A stretch of DNA of 63,670 nt, the filler included, from Thraustochytrium aureum (Eukaryota): the NCBI GenBank assembly GCA_012862495.1. It is 5 parts of one record of this genome, joined end to end, with 100 filler letters (N's around TTAATTAATTAA, not from the genome) between each part and the next. Parts side by side here need not be neighbours in the genome. Positions count along the whole stretch, not along the records: positions 16,323 to 24,042 come from BLSG01000122.1; positions 24,143 to 43,407 come from BLSG01000122.1; 3 more parts are not named here. One strand, 5' to 3'. Every line of letters begins with the position of its first letter. Position 1 is the first letter of the stretch. A program made the position numbers and the translations under genes. Shown here piece by piece: positions 23,297 through 34,550 of the stretch. A model generated the notes under the pieces. That model searched no databases, was not told where the DNA came from, and saw nothing but the letters and a program-made list of their open reading frames with translations.

Positions 23297-24042
23297 TCAC
23301 AGCGCCCCTGGCTGCCGGTCCTCCTCGACCGGCAGGGCCTGCTGGAACGCCTGGCCCTCCTCCTTGTAAACTTGCGCCCTCCGCCGCTCAAACTCGCCGA
23401 GCGCTCGGTCCCCAACCACGTCCCTGCCCTGCTCCTGCTCCTGCGCGACGATGCCGAGCTGGGCCTGCAAGGCGGCAATGTCCACAAACTCCGGCGCTGC
23501 GTCCTTGTTCGAGACGGTGCCGATCTTGTTTTGCTGCGCCATTTCTTCGTCGTAGACCAAGAACGGCGTGTCTGGGTGGTCAATCTTCATTCGCCCGTAC
23601 AGCACGCCCCGCTCTGCGGCGTGCTTGGCCAAGGACGGCTCATCCCATGTCAGTAGCGGCCCGCCCCTGCCGGAGGTTGGGTCGGGGTCCGCGCGCTGCG
23701 CAGGGATAGTCGAGGTCACCTTTGACAGCGGTGCCTGTCCGGCCGAGATCGCGGCGCTGAGCGCGTCGGCGCGCTCCTGCGCCCCTAGCGCAGCCTGGGC
23801 CAGCGTCGCGCTCGACGGGACTCGCTCTGCGCCAGCCGCGTAGCAGGCAGCCACCTCCGCTAGCGTTGCGCCGCTCTTCTCCATGGCAAGGCCCTTTCGA
23901 ACATACCCCTTGTCCCAGCCAGGCTTGAGCTCGATCGCGCGCTCGGCGTCCGCTATCGCCTTGGCCCACTCGCCGAGCCGGTACCAGGCCATCGACCTGT
24001 TCGAGTACAGCCTTTCGTCGTTCGGCGCAAGGGCGAGCGCCT
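23297..24042 (-). CDS. TPR + protein phosphatase inhibitor-2 (IPP-2)-like fusion, 5' truncated
   Basis: STI1-type TPR (LYSNRSMAWYRLGEWAKAIADAERAIELKPGWDKGYVRKG), then LTWDE...YGRMKIDHPDTPF...FERRRAQVYKEE. Confidence 0.75.
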
Positions 24043-24142
24043 NNNNNNNNNNNNNNNNNNNNNNNNNNNNNNNNNNNNNNNNNNNNTTAATTAATTAANN
24101 NNNNNNNNNNNNNNNNNNNNNNNNNNNNNNNNNNNNNNNNNN
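24043..24142. other. Artificial scaffold-joining linker
   Basis: N-TTAATTAATTAA-N. Confidence 0.95.
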
Positions 24143-25454
24143 CGAGGCTTTCCAGCGCGAGCTCCTCCCGCGCAAGTCGGTCGGCGGCTGGGCCACGCCG
24201 CAAGATGCCCTGTACTTTGCGCTGCAGCTGCCGCACGGCTGGTGGCTCTTTGGGCTCGATCTCGGCCCGGAGCCCGAGGACGTCGACGAGGCGCAGGCAA
24301 AGTTTTTCGAAGGCGTCCCAGTCGGCGACGACGAACGGATCATTTTGGTATACCATATCCCGGACTGGATCAAGAACGGCGCCATGGGGGGCGCTGGCTT
24401 TGTGCGTCTGGAAGCGCTTCGCCGCACACTTGGGCAGCGTGTTCGCCTTTGCCTGGCGGGCGACCTGCACTACTACCGCCGGATGGAGGCCGGCCTCTCG
24501 CCTGACGTTGCGGCAAAGTCGCGACTCTCCGTGGCTGCTGTGGAGGCCGTTGCCGACAACGCGTCCTCGACAGGCTGCAACGCCTTTGCCACGCAAGCGC
24601 AAACCTTTGTGGTTGCTGGCAACGGCGGCGCGTTCCAGCATGCCACCCACGCGCCGCTGATTCGCGCTTTGTTCGACGCTGGCTCTGGGCAAGACCTGTC
24701 TACTTGCTCCGAGTACCCCAGCGAGGCGGATTCGCGGGCGATCTGGCGAGGCAAGTGGATGGGCATGTTTGCAACGACGACCAACGCGCGATACGGTCGG
24801 CTGCTTGGCGGGCTCTACGCGTTCCTGTTCATTGGAGTACTTGGACCTTACAGGGACGCTTGGACTTTGCTCGGCCGCGCTGCAGGCGACCCGTTCTTTG
24901 CGGTAGCGTTCATCTGGCTCGCTCTGACGCACTGGATTCTGGCTTCTTTCAGCCAGCCTGTCGTGAGTCTCGTCCACCGCACCAAAGTGGCATTCCTCGT
25001 CAGCGCGCACACTGCGGTGCACCTCGTTCTTGCTGTCTGCGTTCGTATTGCGCTCGACGCAGTTCTACCAGTCGACCTTGGTCCTTTCCAAGCTGCTACC
25101 GCGCGTGGCACGGCGCTTTTTGCGGCCGGTGGCCTTGCCGGCCCGCTGCTGACAGCATCTTACTTTCGTGTGGCGCTCGACATGTTTGACTGGCACTGGA
25201 ACGAGGCCATCGCGACGGTGCAACACCAGGACCACAAAGGGTTTTGCCGCATCGCGCTCCGTCCGGATGGGGCGCTGGAGTTGTACTCTGTAGGCATCGG
25301 CCGCGTTCCAAAGCATTGGTCCTCCCGCGCATCAACTGACTGCAACCCAAGCCTGAAGTGGAGCCAGGAGCTCCTCCCGAACGTGCACCTAGTTGAGCGT
25401 GTGCGGATTGGCCGCGGTTCGGTAGGCGGCAGTGCTGCGCTTGGGGCTCTGTAG
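24143..25454 (+). CDS. Calcineurin-like metallophosphoesterase with membrane segments, 5' truncated
   Basis: YFALQLPHGWWLFGLD, LAGDLHYYRR, VAGNGGAFQHATH, HWNEA...DHKGFCRI. Frameshift(s) near the 5' end. Confidence 0.75.
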
Positions 25455-25496
25455 AACCCGATCCTCTCGAGGCGAACTCGACTCTCAAGCGCGACA

Positions 25497-25624
25497 AGTT
25501 GCGCCACCGACGAGTTGCAGCGCCACGGACGAGTTGCAGCGCCACCGACGAGTTGCAGCGCCACCGACGAGTTGCAGCGCCACCGACGAGTTGCAGGGCC
25601 ACGGGCGAGTTGCAGCGCCACCGA
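25497..25624. repeat. 19-bp minisatellite x6 (GAGTTGCAGCGCCACCGAC)
   Basis: Units at 25512, 25531, 25550, 25569, 25588 and 25607, plus a partial upstream copy. Confidence 0.92.
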
Positions 25625-26500
25625 GCTCGCTGAGATACATCCTGGCGCAAAGTACGGCACCCGCCTTCGCATTTCCACCATGTGCAGGCTCGCTGACAGG
25701 CCCGGGTTGAAGTGCAAGAGTCGGTCACTCCGTGGAAAGATTGGCGGAGCTAACTGGCCAAGTGGAAGTGGCGAAGCCATCTCGGGTCTCCGCGATCCGG
25801 ACTCAACTCGAGGCGCAAGAAGTGAGGCATGATCGCCAGAGCGCGCTCTAGATGAAACAGACTCTGGAGGCACAGCGCTGATTCCCGACCGCTGGCCGAA
25901 GGAATAGAGTCCACGCCCTGAGAAAAGAATTTTTCGATGCAACCAATCCAGATGGGCCCTGGCCCGTCTGCCACTTGCGCGGCCAAGCAGCTAGCTGGCT
26001 TCTCCCGCGGCATGGAGAGTCGCTCGAACGCAGGACCAGGTTGGAGCCGCGAGTTGGTCCAAGCCGAACGCGGCGGGACTGCGTCGCAACGTGCCACTCT
26101 GGGTTTCTGAGCTGCCCGCCGCCCGCGAACTCCTCGGAGCGGGCACGCTTGCAAGCGGCGCGCAGCCCAGCTCAAGCGCGTGCGCGCCCACGTGTGCTCG
26201 GGTACTGTACTCCACGTAGTACTCCCGTTTCTTCCACTTCGCGTTCAGGTTGGGAAAACAGAGGAAAAATGACGAGTCTGCCGAGGCGAGAGTCTCGCAA
26301 CGGCCTTGCAAGTGGGCGGGCGTGCGCGGGGGACGCGACGGCCACTCTGCGCGCGCGCCGAGGCCGGGCCCACCGGAACTACTGCGTCAGCGCCACGTGG
26401 CGCGGACCTCTGGGTGACGACGAACTCTTGGCGGGCAAGTGGCATGCTCGGCCAGGCAGGGCGGAAAAAGCGCGAGGCGAGCGAGCAGCCACCACCCGCA

Positions 26501-26697
26501 ATGCAGGCGCCCAAGCGACCGCAGCAGCGTGGGCCAAACGGCCGCGAGCAGAGTATGGCCGAGCTGACCATACTACAGCGAGCCAAGCGCAGCAACAGCA
26601 GCAACACCAACCGCTTGGGCAACAATACTGGGAGCACATCCAACAGCAAGTGCAACAGCTCCCGCCGCAGACGCCGTACCAACAACCGTTGCCACCA

Positions 26698-26735
<38 letters not shown>

Positions 26736-28955
26736 ACCGATGCAGGGGCGAGGTCGCTTATCCACTCAAAATCCGCAGCAAGCTCAGCTTCACCTTCAAC
26801 AGCAGCAACCACAGCAGTTTGCGTATCAGCACGGAATGCAGATGCCACAACACGCAGCCCTCGCACCGGCCAGCAGCACCGGCCCATTCAGCGAAACAAG
26901 TGGGTCGATTGGGTCTGGGCCAACGCTGAGCCATGCCAGAGCTTACCAGGCCTTCTACTATGCCGCTCAAGTTCAGCAAGCGGCGATCAACGCCGCCAGA
27001 CTCCAAAACCCGCTCAGCGGGCACCACAACAGCCCATCTGGGCCAGGGCAGGCCCACAGTAGTCAGTTGCCCACCAGGCCCACGTCTTTGGCTCCGCTTG
27101 GTGTCGAAGAAGACCCAGGCCGAACGACCGCCGCCCAGGTCATCATGGGGCTTCGCCCCCCGGGGGTGGGTGCTCCAGAATCGAGCAGCCCAGGGCCCCT
27201 TTCCCCACATGTAGGGCGCGGCGGCGGAGCCCAAGGCAGCGGATACGACGTCCAGAGCGCGCAGGCCCAGCTTCACGCGCATCAGCGCCAGCTTTTGCTT
27301 GGGGGCTCGACCGTTGGCGTGGAGCTTCGCGGGATTGAGCAAGGCCAGCCGTTTCGAGACGGAGCCAGTAGCTGGCTCGCCGAGCAGCTCTCCCAGCCCC
27401 AGAGCGCAGCGCGCCGGGAGGTCTACCGTGCGCCAGCGCGAGAGAATACTCCGGCACGCAAGCAGGCCAGCGATAATGCTGCCAGCGCCCTCAATCCCTG
27501 GGGAGGGCCGCGGCAGCATGAGATGCACGGCGCAAGTGAAAAGGCTCCACCTGCACTCTTCCAACAGAGTCGGCCGTCATCCCTGGGCATGGGCGCTCCA
27601 AGTCGGGCCTTCGCCTCACTCGTCAGTGGTGGCGGCGACGCTGTCGCGCGGCAGACGCAAATGGACCAAAGTCCTCCGTCGCTTTCTGGGGTGCAGCCAG
27701 AGTATGAGGAGCGTGGTGCCACGAGCTCGTCGCACGGCGGGCTGCCCGCGGAGCAGACCAGCGATCCGCCGCAGCGCCCATGGAGCACAGTGGAGACCAA
27801 CATCCTCCACGCAGCGGTGTCGAGCTACAACGGCAGGGACTGGGACAAGGTCGCCGAGCACCTGCCGAATCGCAACGCTCTCGAGTGCCTGAACCACTGG
27901 CGCTCCCACCTGAACACCAAACGGCACTACAAGGGCAAAGGCAGCTGGAGCCCGGAAGAGGATGCTGAGCTCACCCGACTCGTGCACAAGTACGGCGCTG
28001 CAAACTGGTCAACAGCCATCGCACCTCACATGCCGAATCGACTGGGCAAGCAGTGCCGCGAGCGCTGGCACAACCACCTCAACCCAGAGCTGAAAAAGTC
28101 TCCGTGGACAAAGGAGGAGGAGGAGCTCGTGCGCATCGCGCATGCAAGGGTGGGGAACAGATGGGCCAAGATCGCCAAGCTCCTGCCTGGAAGAAGCGAC
28201 AATGATGTTAAAAACCACTGGTATGCAAGCCTCCGCCGCAAGAAGACGCGCATTGAGATAGCCGAAGACCCCTACGCGCGTGCCACCCGGGAAGCTATGG
28301 ATGGGGAGGGCCACGAGCGAGCGGAGGCGGACAGCGACCACCAAGAAGACCTGCCTCGTAAGCCTACCTTTGCTTCGTCGATAGGCGGAAAGCCGCAGGG
28401 ATACCCACGCGGACTTGGAGATGCAGGTCACGTTCACGGCACCGACGACGACAGCGCTGCGCTGGGCTCAAACGCAGGGCGCCGCTGGAGCGCGGCCGAG
28501 GGCGCCAAGCTGCTGCAGCTCGTGGACAAACACGGCGCGAAAAATTGGGCCGACATAGCCTCGGAGATGCCAGACCGGACCGAATTGCAGTGCTTCCAGC
28601 ACTGGCGCTATGTGCTTGACCCAAACGTTGTCAAAGGTCGCGGCAGCTGGACACCGGTTGAGGACAAGCGTCTCATGGAGGTCGTCCAAAGGTACGGCGC
28701 GAAAAACTGGGCCACCGCCATTGCTCCCCACCTACCTGGGCGCCTGGGCAAGCAGTGCCGGGAGCGGTGGTGCAACACGCTGAATCCAGAGCTGCGCCGC
28801 GCGCCGTGGACCGAGGAGGAGGAGGCCATTCTGGCGCTTCGGCACCAAGAGCTGGGCAATCGATGGGCGAAGATCTCGGCCTTCCTGCCTGGGCGCTCCG
28901 ACAACGACGTCAAAAACCCTATTACGCGAGCCAGCGGCGAAAATCAAAGCGCTGA
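26501..28955 (+). CDS. MYB transcription factor with six Myb repeats (2 x R1R2R3) and Q/P-rich N-terminus
   Basis: Two copies of R1, R2 ([12 protein letters not shown]) and R3 ([18 protein letters not shown]). A frameshift at ~28918 gives the end [13 protein letters not shown] at 28955. Start uncertain. Confidence 0.9.
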
Positions 28956-29369
28956 GCTGGCAAGCCTGCCTGATCGTGCTCGCAGGAGTCCCGTGGACGG
29001 ACTGGACAAGGCGCTTGCCACNNNNNNNNNNNNNNNNNNNNNNNNNNNNNNNNNNNNNNNNNNNNNNNNNNNNNNNNNNNNNNNNNNNNNNNNNNNNNNN
29101 NNNNNNNNNNNNNNNNNNNNNNNNNNNNNNNNNNNNNNNNNNNNNNNNNNNNNNNNNNNNNNNNNNNNNNNNNNNNNNNNNNNNNNNNNNNNNNNNNNNN
29201 NNNNNNNNNNNNNNNNNNNNNNNNNNNNNNNNNNNNNNNNNNNNNNNNNNNNNNNNNNNNNATCGTTAGCGCTTCGGCGCCGGAATTGGTTCGAAAAACC
29301 ACCGTTGGCCGGCTGATTGATTATTTTGAATTGGCGCTGCTGGAGCAGGTCGTGACCTGGTTTCATCCG

Positions 29370-30797
29370 CTACACAAGGAGTGGCGAGTCCAAGCACGAA
29401 AACCCAGTCGCCACCCCACCCTCGTCAACGCCGACCTGCTTCGTCCGCAGGAGGTGGCCCGCATTCTCGGAAAAGACCGGGTCGCCTGATTCGCCACCCA
29501 AAAACACGCCATAAACTCCAAGTTCTTGCAGCGCCTTGACTTGCACCGCCTGACCGCGGCGAACGAGAACTGCGTCTACCTCCTCGGGGAAGATGCGTTG
29601 CATGAGAATGTACGAGGCTTGCTCGGCTTTGGGCATAGATTGCAGCGTTTCCCGGACAGCATTGCCATAAATGTTGTTGCCGCCGCCCTCTCGCTGAGGC
29701 TTTACGACATAGTTCTCCGGGTTGGAGATGGCGTCGTCCACTGCAGCGCGGGCCGCGTCGTCTTGCTCCGCAGCGTCGAGCGACCACAGACCCGCAAAGC
29801 AGGTCCTCAGCGAGCTGGCGGCGTCTTGCCCGACAAACCGCTCGAGCTGCCCAGGGCGCGCGAGCTCTTGCTGCACTTTCTTGGTCCCCACAAGATGGTA
29901 CTGGATGCTCGGGCACTTGATTGCGCCGGAGCGCTCCACGAGCTTGCGGGCCTCCCACTGCGTTTCGGAAGGGTAGTCGTTTGGCGTGTATCCGGCGCGA
30001 AAGTAAACCACGCAGACCTCTCGGCCGCCAACGTGCAGGCTGCGTCCATCCCCCACGAGCTGCGCCTCTTTCGCGAGCTGGCTAAGGGAGCGGCGCACCG
30101 TCGCCACGCCGTGCTTGTCCCACAGCTCGTACTCGAGCCAGCGCTGGTCGAACGAGTTGCGCTCGCCCTCTTGCACGACGAAGAGGACGAGTGGAGCGCT
30201 AGTGCTCTTCGTTGCGGCAAGGTAGTGCTTGGCCGCTCGCGCGAGCGCGCTGGGGATGGCAGTGTCCGCCGCGTTGGTTGGCAAGCTGGAATCGATGGCG
30301 GCAGCGCCGGGGGCCGCTGCGACCCACCCTTGTACAATCGCGTTGTCGACGTGGCGCGAGAGGAGGAAACGGTGCATCCGGCTCACGCGCGCTGAGAGAC
30401 AGCCGAACGAAGAGGCGATCGTGTTGAGCTCCACTTGCAGCAGCGTCCTGCCGTGGTCGAGCATGTAGTCGGACCGGTGAACGCCAAGATAGGTTCGCTG
30501 CACGACCCCTTCGGCTTCGACCTCTTTGCAGAGCTGCACCAGTCTCGCCGTAAAATCGTCATGCGCGAGCACGCCGTCCAGCGTCTTGAACACCCACGCG
30601 GTGTCTCTCGCGACCTTGTCCACCAGCTCGTTGAAAGGCAGCGTCATCTGGAGGGCATGCTCGAACGCGGTCTTGGAGAGCTGCGTCGGCACCAGCGCCA
30701 TCGGCGCGTGGGTCACCATCGCAGGATCCTCCCCAGCGACCATCTCCAGTCCATGCGCGCACGCCCACGCCACGCCCTGTTCCACGAGCTCGTCCAT
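29370..30797 (-). CDS. GSS: Eukaryotic glutathione synthetase
   Basis: GVHRSDYM, QVELNTIASSF, ERNSFDQ, VVYFRAGYTP, VVKPQREGGGNNIYG, ELGVYG, EGGVATG. Confidence 0.95.
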   Translation of the reverse strand: MDELVEQGVAWACAHGLEMVAGEDPAMVTHAPMALVPTQLSKTAFEHALQMTLPFNELVDKVARDTAWVFKTLDGVLAHDDFTARLVQLCKEVEAEGVVQRTYLGVHRSDYMLDHGRTLLQVELNTIASSFGCLSARVSRMHRFLLSRHVDNAIVQGWVAAAPGAAAIDSSLPTNAADTAIPSALARAAKHYLAATKSTSAPLVLFVVQEGERNSFDQRWLEYELWDKHGVATVRRSLSQLAKEAQLVGDGRSLHVGGREVCVVYFRAGYTPNDYPSETQWEARKLVERSGAIKCPSIQYHLVGTKKVQQELARPGQLERFVGQDAASSLRTCFAGLWSLDAAEQDDAARAAVDDAISNPENYVVKPQREGGGNNIYGNAVRETLQSMPKAEQASYILMQRIFPEEVDAVLVRRGQAVQVKALQELGVYGVFLGGESGDPVFSENAGHLLRTKQVGVDEGGVATGFSCLDSPLLV

Positions 30798-31721
30798 CCT
30801 AGCAGCCAGTCGGCCCTCGTCCGCACCAGCACTTGGTCCGCACGCAGTCAAGTCCAAGTTCGACTCGCGCCTTTCCGGGCCCAGCTCCCAGCGCTTCGGG
30901 CAGCAGCCCAGGCCAGTCGACCGGGGACCAATGCTCCACGCCTGGGGATGAACTCGAGCCGAATCGCCTCTGTGGGCTGGCGTTCGCTCGCTCGCGTTGC
31001 GGGTCTGCCCGAGAGCCACTTCGGGTTGCCTCGAGTATCTCCCGCATCTGCGCTACCAAATGCCTGCTTCGCCGCATGGCAGACACCGAAACACCGAAAC
31101 AGGGCAGGCACGCACGCGCCCAGGCTCCGAGCAGAGGCCCCCAGGCAGCAGGCAGGCCTCCAGCTGCGAGGAAGACTTGCACGCCGCCCAAGCGCGCAGG
31201 CTTCCCGAGCGCGCAGGCTTCCAGGTGGGCGGGCTTCGAGNNNNNNNNNNNNNNNNNNNNNNNNNNNNNNNNNNNNNNNNNNNNNNNNNNNNNNNNNNNN
31301 NNNNNNNNNNNNNNNNNNNNNNNNNNNNNNNNNNNNNNNNNNNNNNNNNNNNNNNNNNNNNNNNNNNNNNNNNNNNNNNNNNNNNCGTTGGCCTGCAACC
31401 ACGTAGGCAGGCTTCCAGTCAGGCGCAAGGCTTCCAGCCAGGCGCTTGGCGAGGCCGAGCGCACAGCGAGACCCGCTTTGGGCGGTCTCTGCAGGCCGGC
31501 CGAGTCTGCCGAGTTTGGCCAGGGTCGGGCTTGGCCGGAGGGCGAGGCTTGGCCAGCGTCGAGCTTGGCTCTAGAGCGGGCTTCGCGAGGCTGAACGCTT
31601 CGGCCCCGACCCACTTTGCAGCCCCTCCCCTCCCCGTTGGATAGAGGAAGACTTGTGCCGGGCTCACTCGCACGTTCACGGCCACGGGGCTATTGCTCGG
31701 GTCGCTGACGAGCCCGTTCAC

Positions 31722-34373
31722 ATGGGCTGCGCGTCGAGCACGGCGGACAGCCGCCGTCGGGAAGCAAAGGCGGAAGAGCTGCGCGTCGAGCAGGGGCAAA
31801 TTCCAATCGAGGAGATTCCCAACACAGCCGTCGAGGTGCTTGGCGCCGCTGGAGCAGGGGCCGGAGCAGGGGACCAAGCGCCAGTGGTGGTGACGGCTCC
31901 TGGGAACGCATTTTTGGAGAATGCGCCAGAAAATGGGGAGCTCGTCGTCAACCAGTACATCCTGAGCAAGATTCTGGGGGAAGGTACCCAAGCCCAAGTT
32001 CGGCTGGCGACAGACCCGCAAGGGGAGCAGTGGGCCGTGAAAATAATTCGCAAGCGCCTCACGCTCCGGCGCTCACGCGCAAAGAGCGCCGGCGTGTTTG
32101 GAAACATCGCAGCCCCGATCGCGCGCGAGATCGCCATAATGAAGAAGCTCAAGCACCCCAACATCGTGAGACTGCGCGAGGTCCTCGACCTGCCACAGCA
32201 TAATCGGCTTTTCCTAGTGATGCAGTACGTGAACGGCGGCCCCGTCATGGACGAGCGACTGCAGGGGCAGACCCCGCTCGACGAGAACAAAGCCCGCGAC
32301 CTCTTCGGGCAGCTCGTCAAAGGCCTAGAGTACCTACACTTCCACGGGATCGTGCACCGAGACATCAAGCCGTCCAACCTGTTGGTCACCCAAACAGGGT
32401 TGCTCAAGATCAACGACTTTGGGGTCTCTGCCATCTGCGAGCCGATCGAGCTTGAGGACGAGCTCAGCGGCGACGAGCTCGAGGTCACGTCGTTGGACGA
32501 GGGGCTCGGCCTCGGTCCCGGCTCCGCAGGGCAGAGCGAGCCACCAAGTGCGGCGTCTTCGCTGCCCTTGTCGCCGCGCCACTTTGTGGCCAAGGCTGTC
32601 CCGCCATCGACCCCGCGCGGCAGCGCTGTTTTTTCCAGCAATGCTGACTTCGCCGCTGGTCAAGCGAGGGGCAAGGACGACGAGGAAGACGACGAGGAAG
32701 ACGAGGAAGACGAGGAAGACGGGGAGAGCGACACTGTCTCTGTGAGCTCGTCCTCTTCCGACGAGGGCGCGCAGAACGAGGGCGCCCAGACCTTGCGCTC
32801 AATCGCCCCCCATCTTGGGCTGGGATTGGGGCTGAGCGAGCTCCCGGCGCTGACCTTTCAAGAAGAAAACCGCGCTCCAAACTCCCCGATCGTAGCCGCC
32901 GTTGCAGGCCTGCGCCTCGATTGCGATCGCCCTCAGGCCGGCGGCACCGGCTCGGGGACAGACTTTCTCGCACGCATTGGCTCGTCAAGCAGCGCGCTCG
33001 AGGACGCGGCTGAGGACATGCCCGAGTTGCCGACGCTTACGCTTGCGACAGAAAACTTGCACTCGCCTGCGCTCGCCTTCGCATCCGCTGCTGCAGCAGG
33101 CGCCGAGGGGGCCGGCGCGCGCTCGGACGAGGCGAGCGGGTCTGGGAGCGGGTTTCTGGCCAAACTCACGCAAACGCCAAAGTCCGGGTTCCTACCCTTC
33201 GTGACCCCCCGTGCCGCCGCCATGGCTTCGCAGCTAAAGCCCGACTCGGAGGAGTACCAGCGGCTGCAGNNNNNNNNNNNNNNNNNNNNNNNNNNNNNNN
33301 NNNNNNNNNNNNNNNNNNNNNNNNNNNNNNNNNNNNNNNNNNNNNNNNNNNNNNNNNNGTACCAGCGGCTGCAGGGCAACCTTTACCCGCCCACGCCAAA
33401 CAACGTCGACAAGATCCAGCACAACGACACGATGAACTCCCCTCCGATCGGAACGTACGCGTTTTTCCCTCCGGAGGCCTGCAGCTTTGACAACTTCAAC
33501 GACGTGCAGTACAAGGGGAAGCTGGCCGACCTGTGGGCGGCGGGAGTCACGCTGTACATGTTCTTGTTTGGTTGCGTCCCGTTCGTGGCCGACACGCGCG
33601 AGGAAATCTTTTACCTCATTCGGACGCAGCCGCTCCATTTCCCGGCCGACCACGCCGTATCGAGGTCCGCGCTGCGCCTCCTTCAGGCCATGCTCGCCAA
33701 AAAGCCGTACGAGCGGCACGACCTGCAGACAATCAAGCGGTCCAGGTGGATGAAGCGCGGCGCCAAGCTGGCCAAGCTGTCTCACGCGTACACCAAATTT
33801 ATCGTGCCAACGCAGGACGAGGTCAACGCTGCCGTGACAGAGGTCGACCTGTCTGTTGGGATAACGCCGCTCGTGCGCTCCAAGTCTTGGACTTCCTCGC
33901 CGTTCAGCTCGGCACGCCCCAAACGCATTGATCGGAGCGGCGAGTCGAGCACAGGCGGGGACTTGGTCATTCCGACAATGCTCGGTGGCGTCGACCTGGA
34001 TGTCGCCCTGTCTGGGAGTTGGCGCACCGAGGGATCAAGCTTCCTTCAGAGCGCGGGTGGCGGATCTGATGGCGAAGGCGACGAGGACTGCGCCACGGGG
34101 GCGCTGCCTGCGCTGCGCCTCGACACCTCATCCGAGTCCATGTCGATGCAGTTCGAGAATCGGAGCACGCGGCCGTTGTCTTTGCCTGTACGGCAGCTGC
34201 GGCCTGAGCCCCTACAACAGATGATCGAGCGCCAGCAGGAGCCCGCGGACCTTTCGAGTTGCCTGCCGGCGGGTCGGTCTGCCGCAGCAGGAGGCAACTT
34301 GGCCGCGCTATTAAGCGCCAACTCTGCGCCGCCGCAGTTGACGAGCACTTCGGCTCCCGAAGGCGAGACGTAA
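31722..34373 (+). CDS. CaMKK/GRIK-like Ser/Thr kinase with very long activation-segment insertion
   Basis: LGEGTQAQV, AVK, EIAIMKKLKHPNIV, HRDIKPSNLL, DFG ... GTYAFFPPE, ADLWAAGVTLYMFLFG. N-terminal MGCASS. Confidence 0.85.
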   Translation: MGCASSTADSRRREAKAEELRVEQGQIPIEEIPNTAVEVLGAAGAGAGAGDQAPVVVTAPGNAFLENAPENGELVVNQYILSKILGEGTQAQVRLATDPQGEQWAVKIIRKRLTLRRSRAKSAGVFGNIAAPIAREIAIMKKLKHPNIVRLREVLDLPQHNRLFLVMQYVNGGPVMDERLQGQTPLDENKARDLFGQLVKGLEYLHFHGIVHRDIKPSNLLVTQTGLLKINDFGVSAICEPIELEDELSGDELEVTSLDEGLGLGPGSAGQSEPPSAASSLPLSPRHFVAKAVPPSTPRGSAVFSSNADFAAGQARGKDDEEDDEEDEEDEEDGESDTVSVSSSSSDEGAQNEGAQTLRSIAPHLGLGLGLSELPALTFQEENRAPNSPIVAAVAGLRLDCDRPQAGGTGSGTDFLARIGSSSSALEDAAEDMPELPTLTLATENLHSPALAFASAAAAGAEGAGARSDEASGSGSGFLAKLTQTPKSGFLPFVTPRAAAMASQLKPDSEEYQRLQXXXXXXXXXXXXXXXXXXXXXXXXXXXXXXYQRLQGNLYPPTPNNVDKIQHNDTMNSPPIGTYAFFPPEACSFDNFNDVQYKGKLADLWAAGVTLYMFLFGCVPFVADTREEIFYLIRTQPLHFPADHAVSRSALRLLQAMLAKKPYERHDLQTIKRSRWMKRGAKLAKLSHAYTKFIVPTQDEVNAAVTEVDLSVGITPLVRSKSWTSSPFSSARPKRIDRSGESSTGGDLVIPTMLGGVDLDVALSGSWRTEGSSFLQSAGGGSDGEGDEDCATGALPALRLDTSSESMSMQFENRSTRPLSLPVRQLRPEPLQQMIERQQEPADLSSCLPAGRSAAAGGNLAALLSANSAPPQLTSTSAPEGET

Positions 34374-34550
34374 ATTAGTAGAATGCGGCAAGGGGGTCTT
34401 GCCGAGCAGCCGAGCGAGACGCATGCCAGACGTGCTCTCCCCGGGGGTGGGCGAGCCGTCACGGGCGGAAGCGCACCGGCGAGCGGGCCGCCCTGGTGCG
34501 TTGCAAGGCAAGATGTAAGCCAACGTTTTCAAACGCAGTGCCTTTTCCTA

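Noticed and set aside
25497..25624. CRISPR-like array (also 51245-51345)
   Set aside because: Units are directly adjacent with no unique spacers, there are no cas genes, and the context is eukaryotic.
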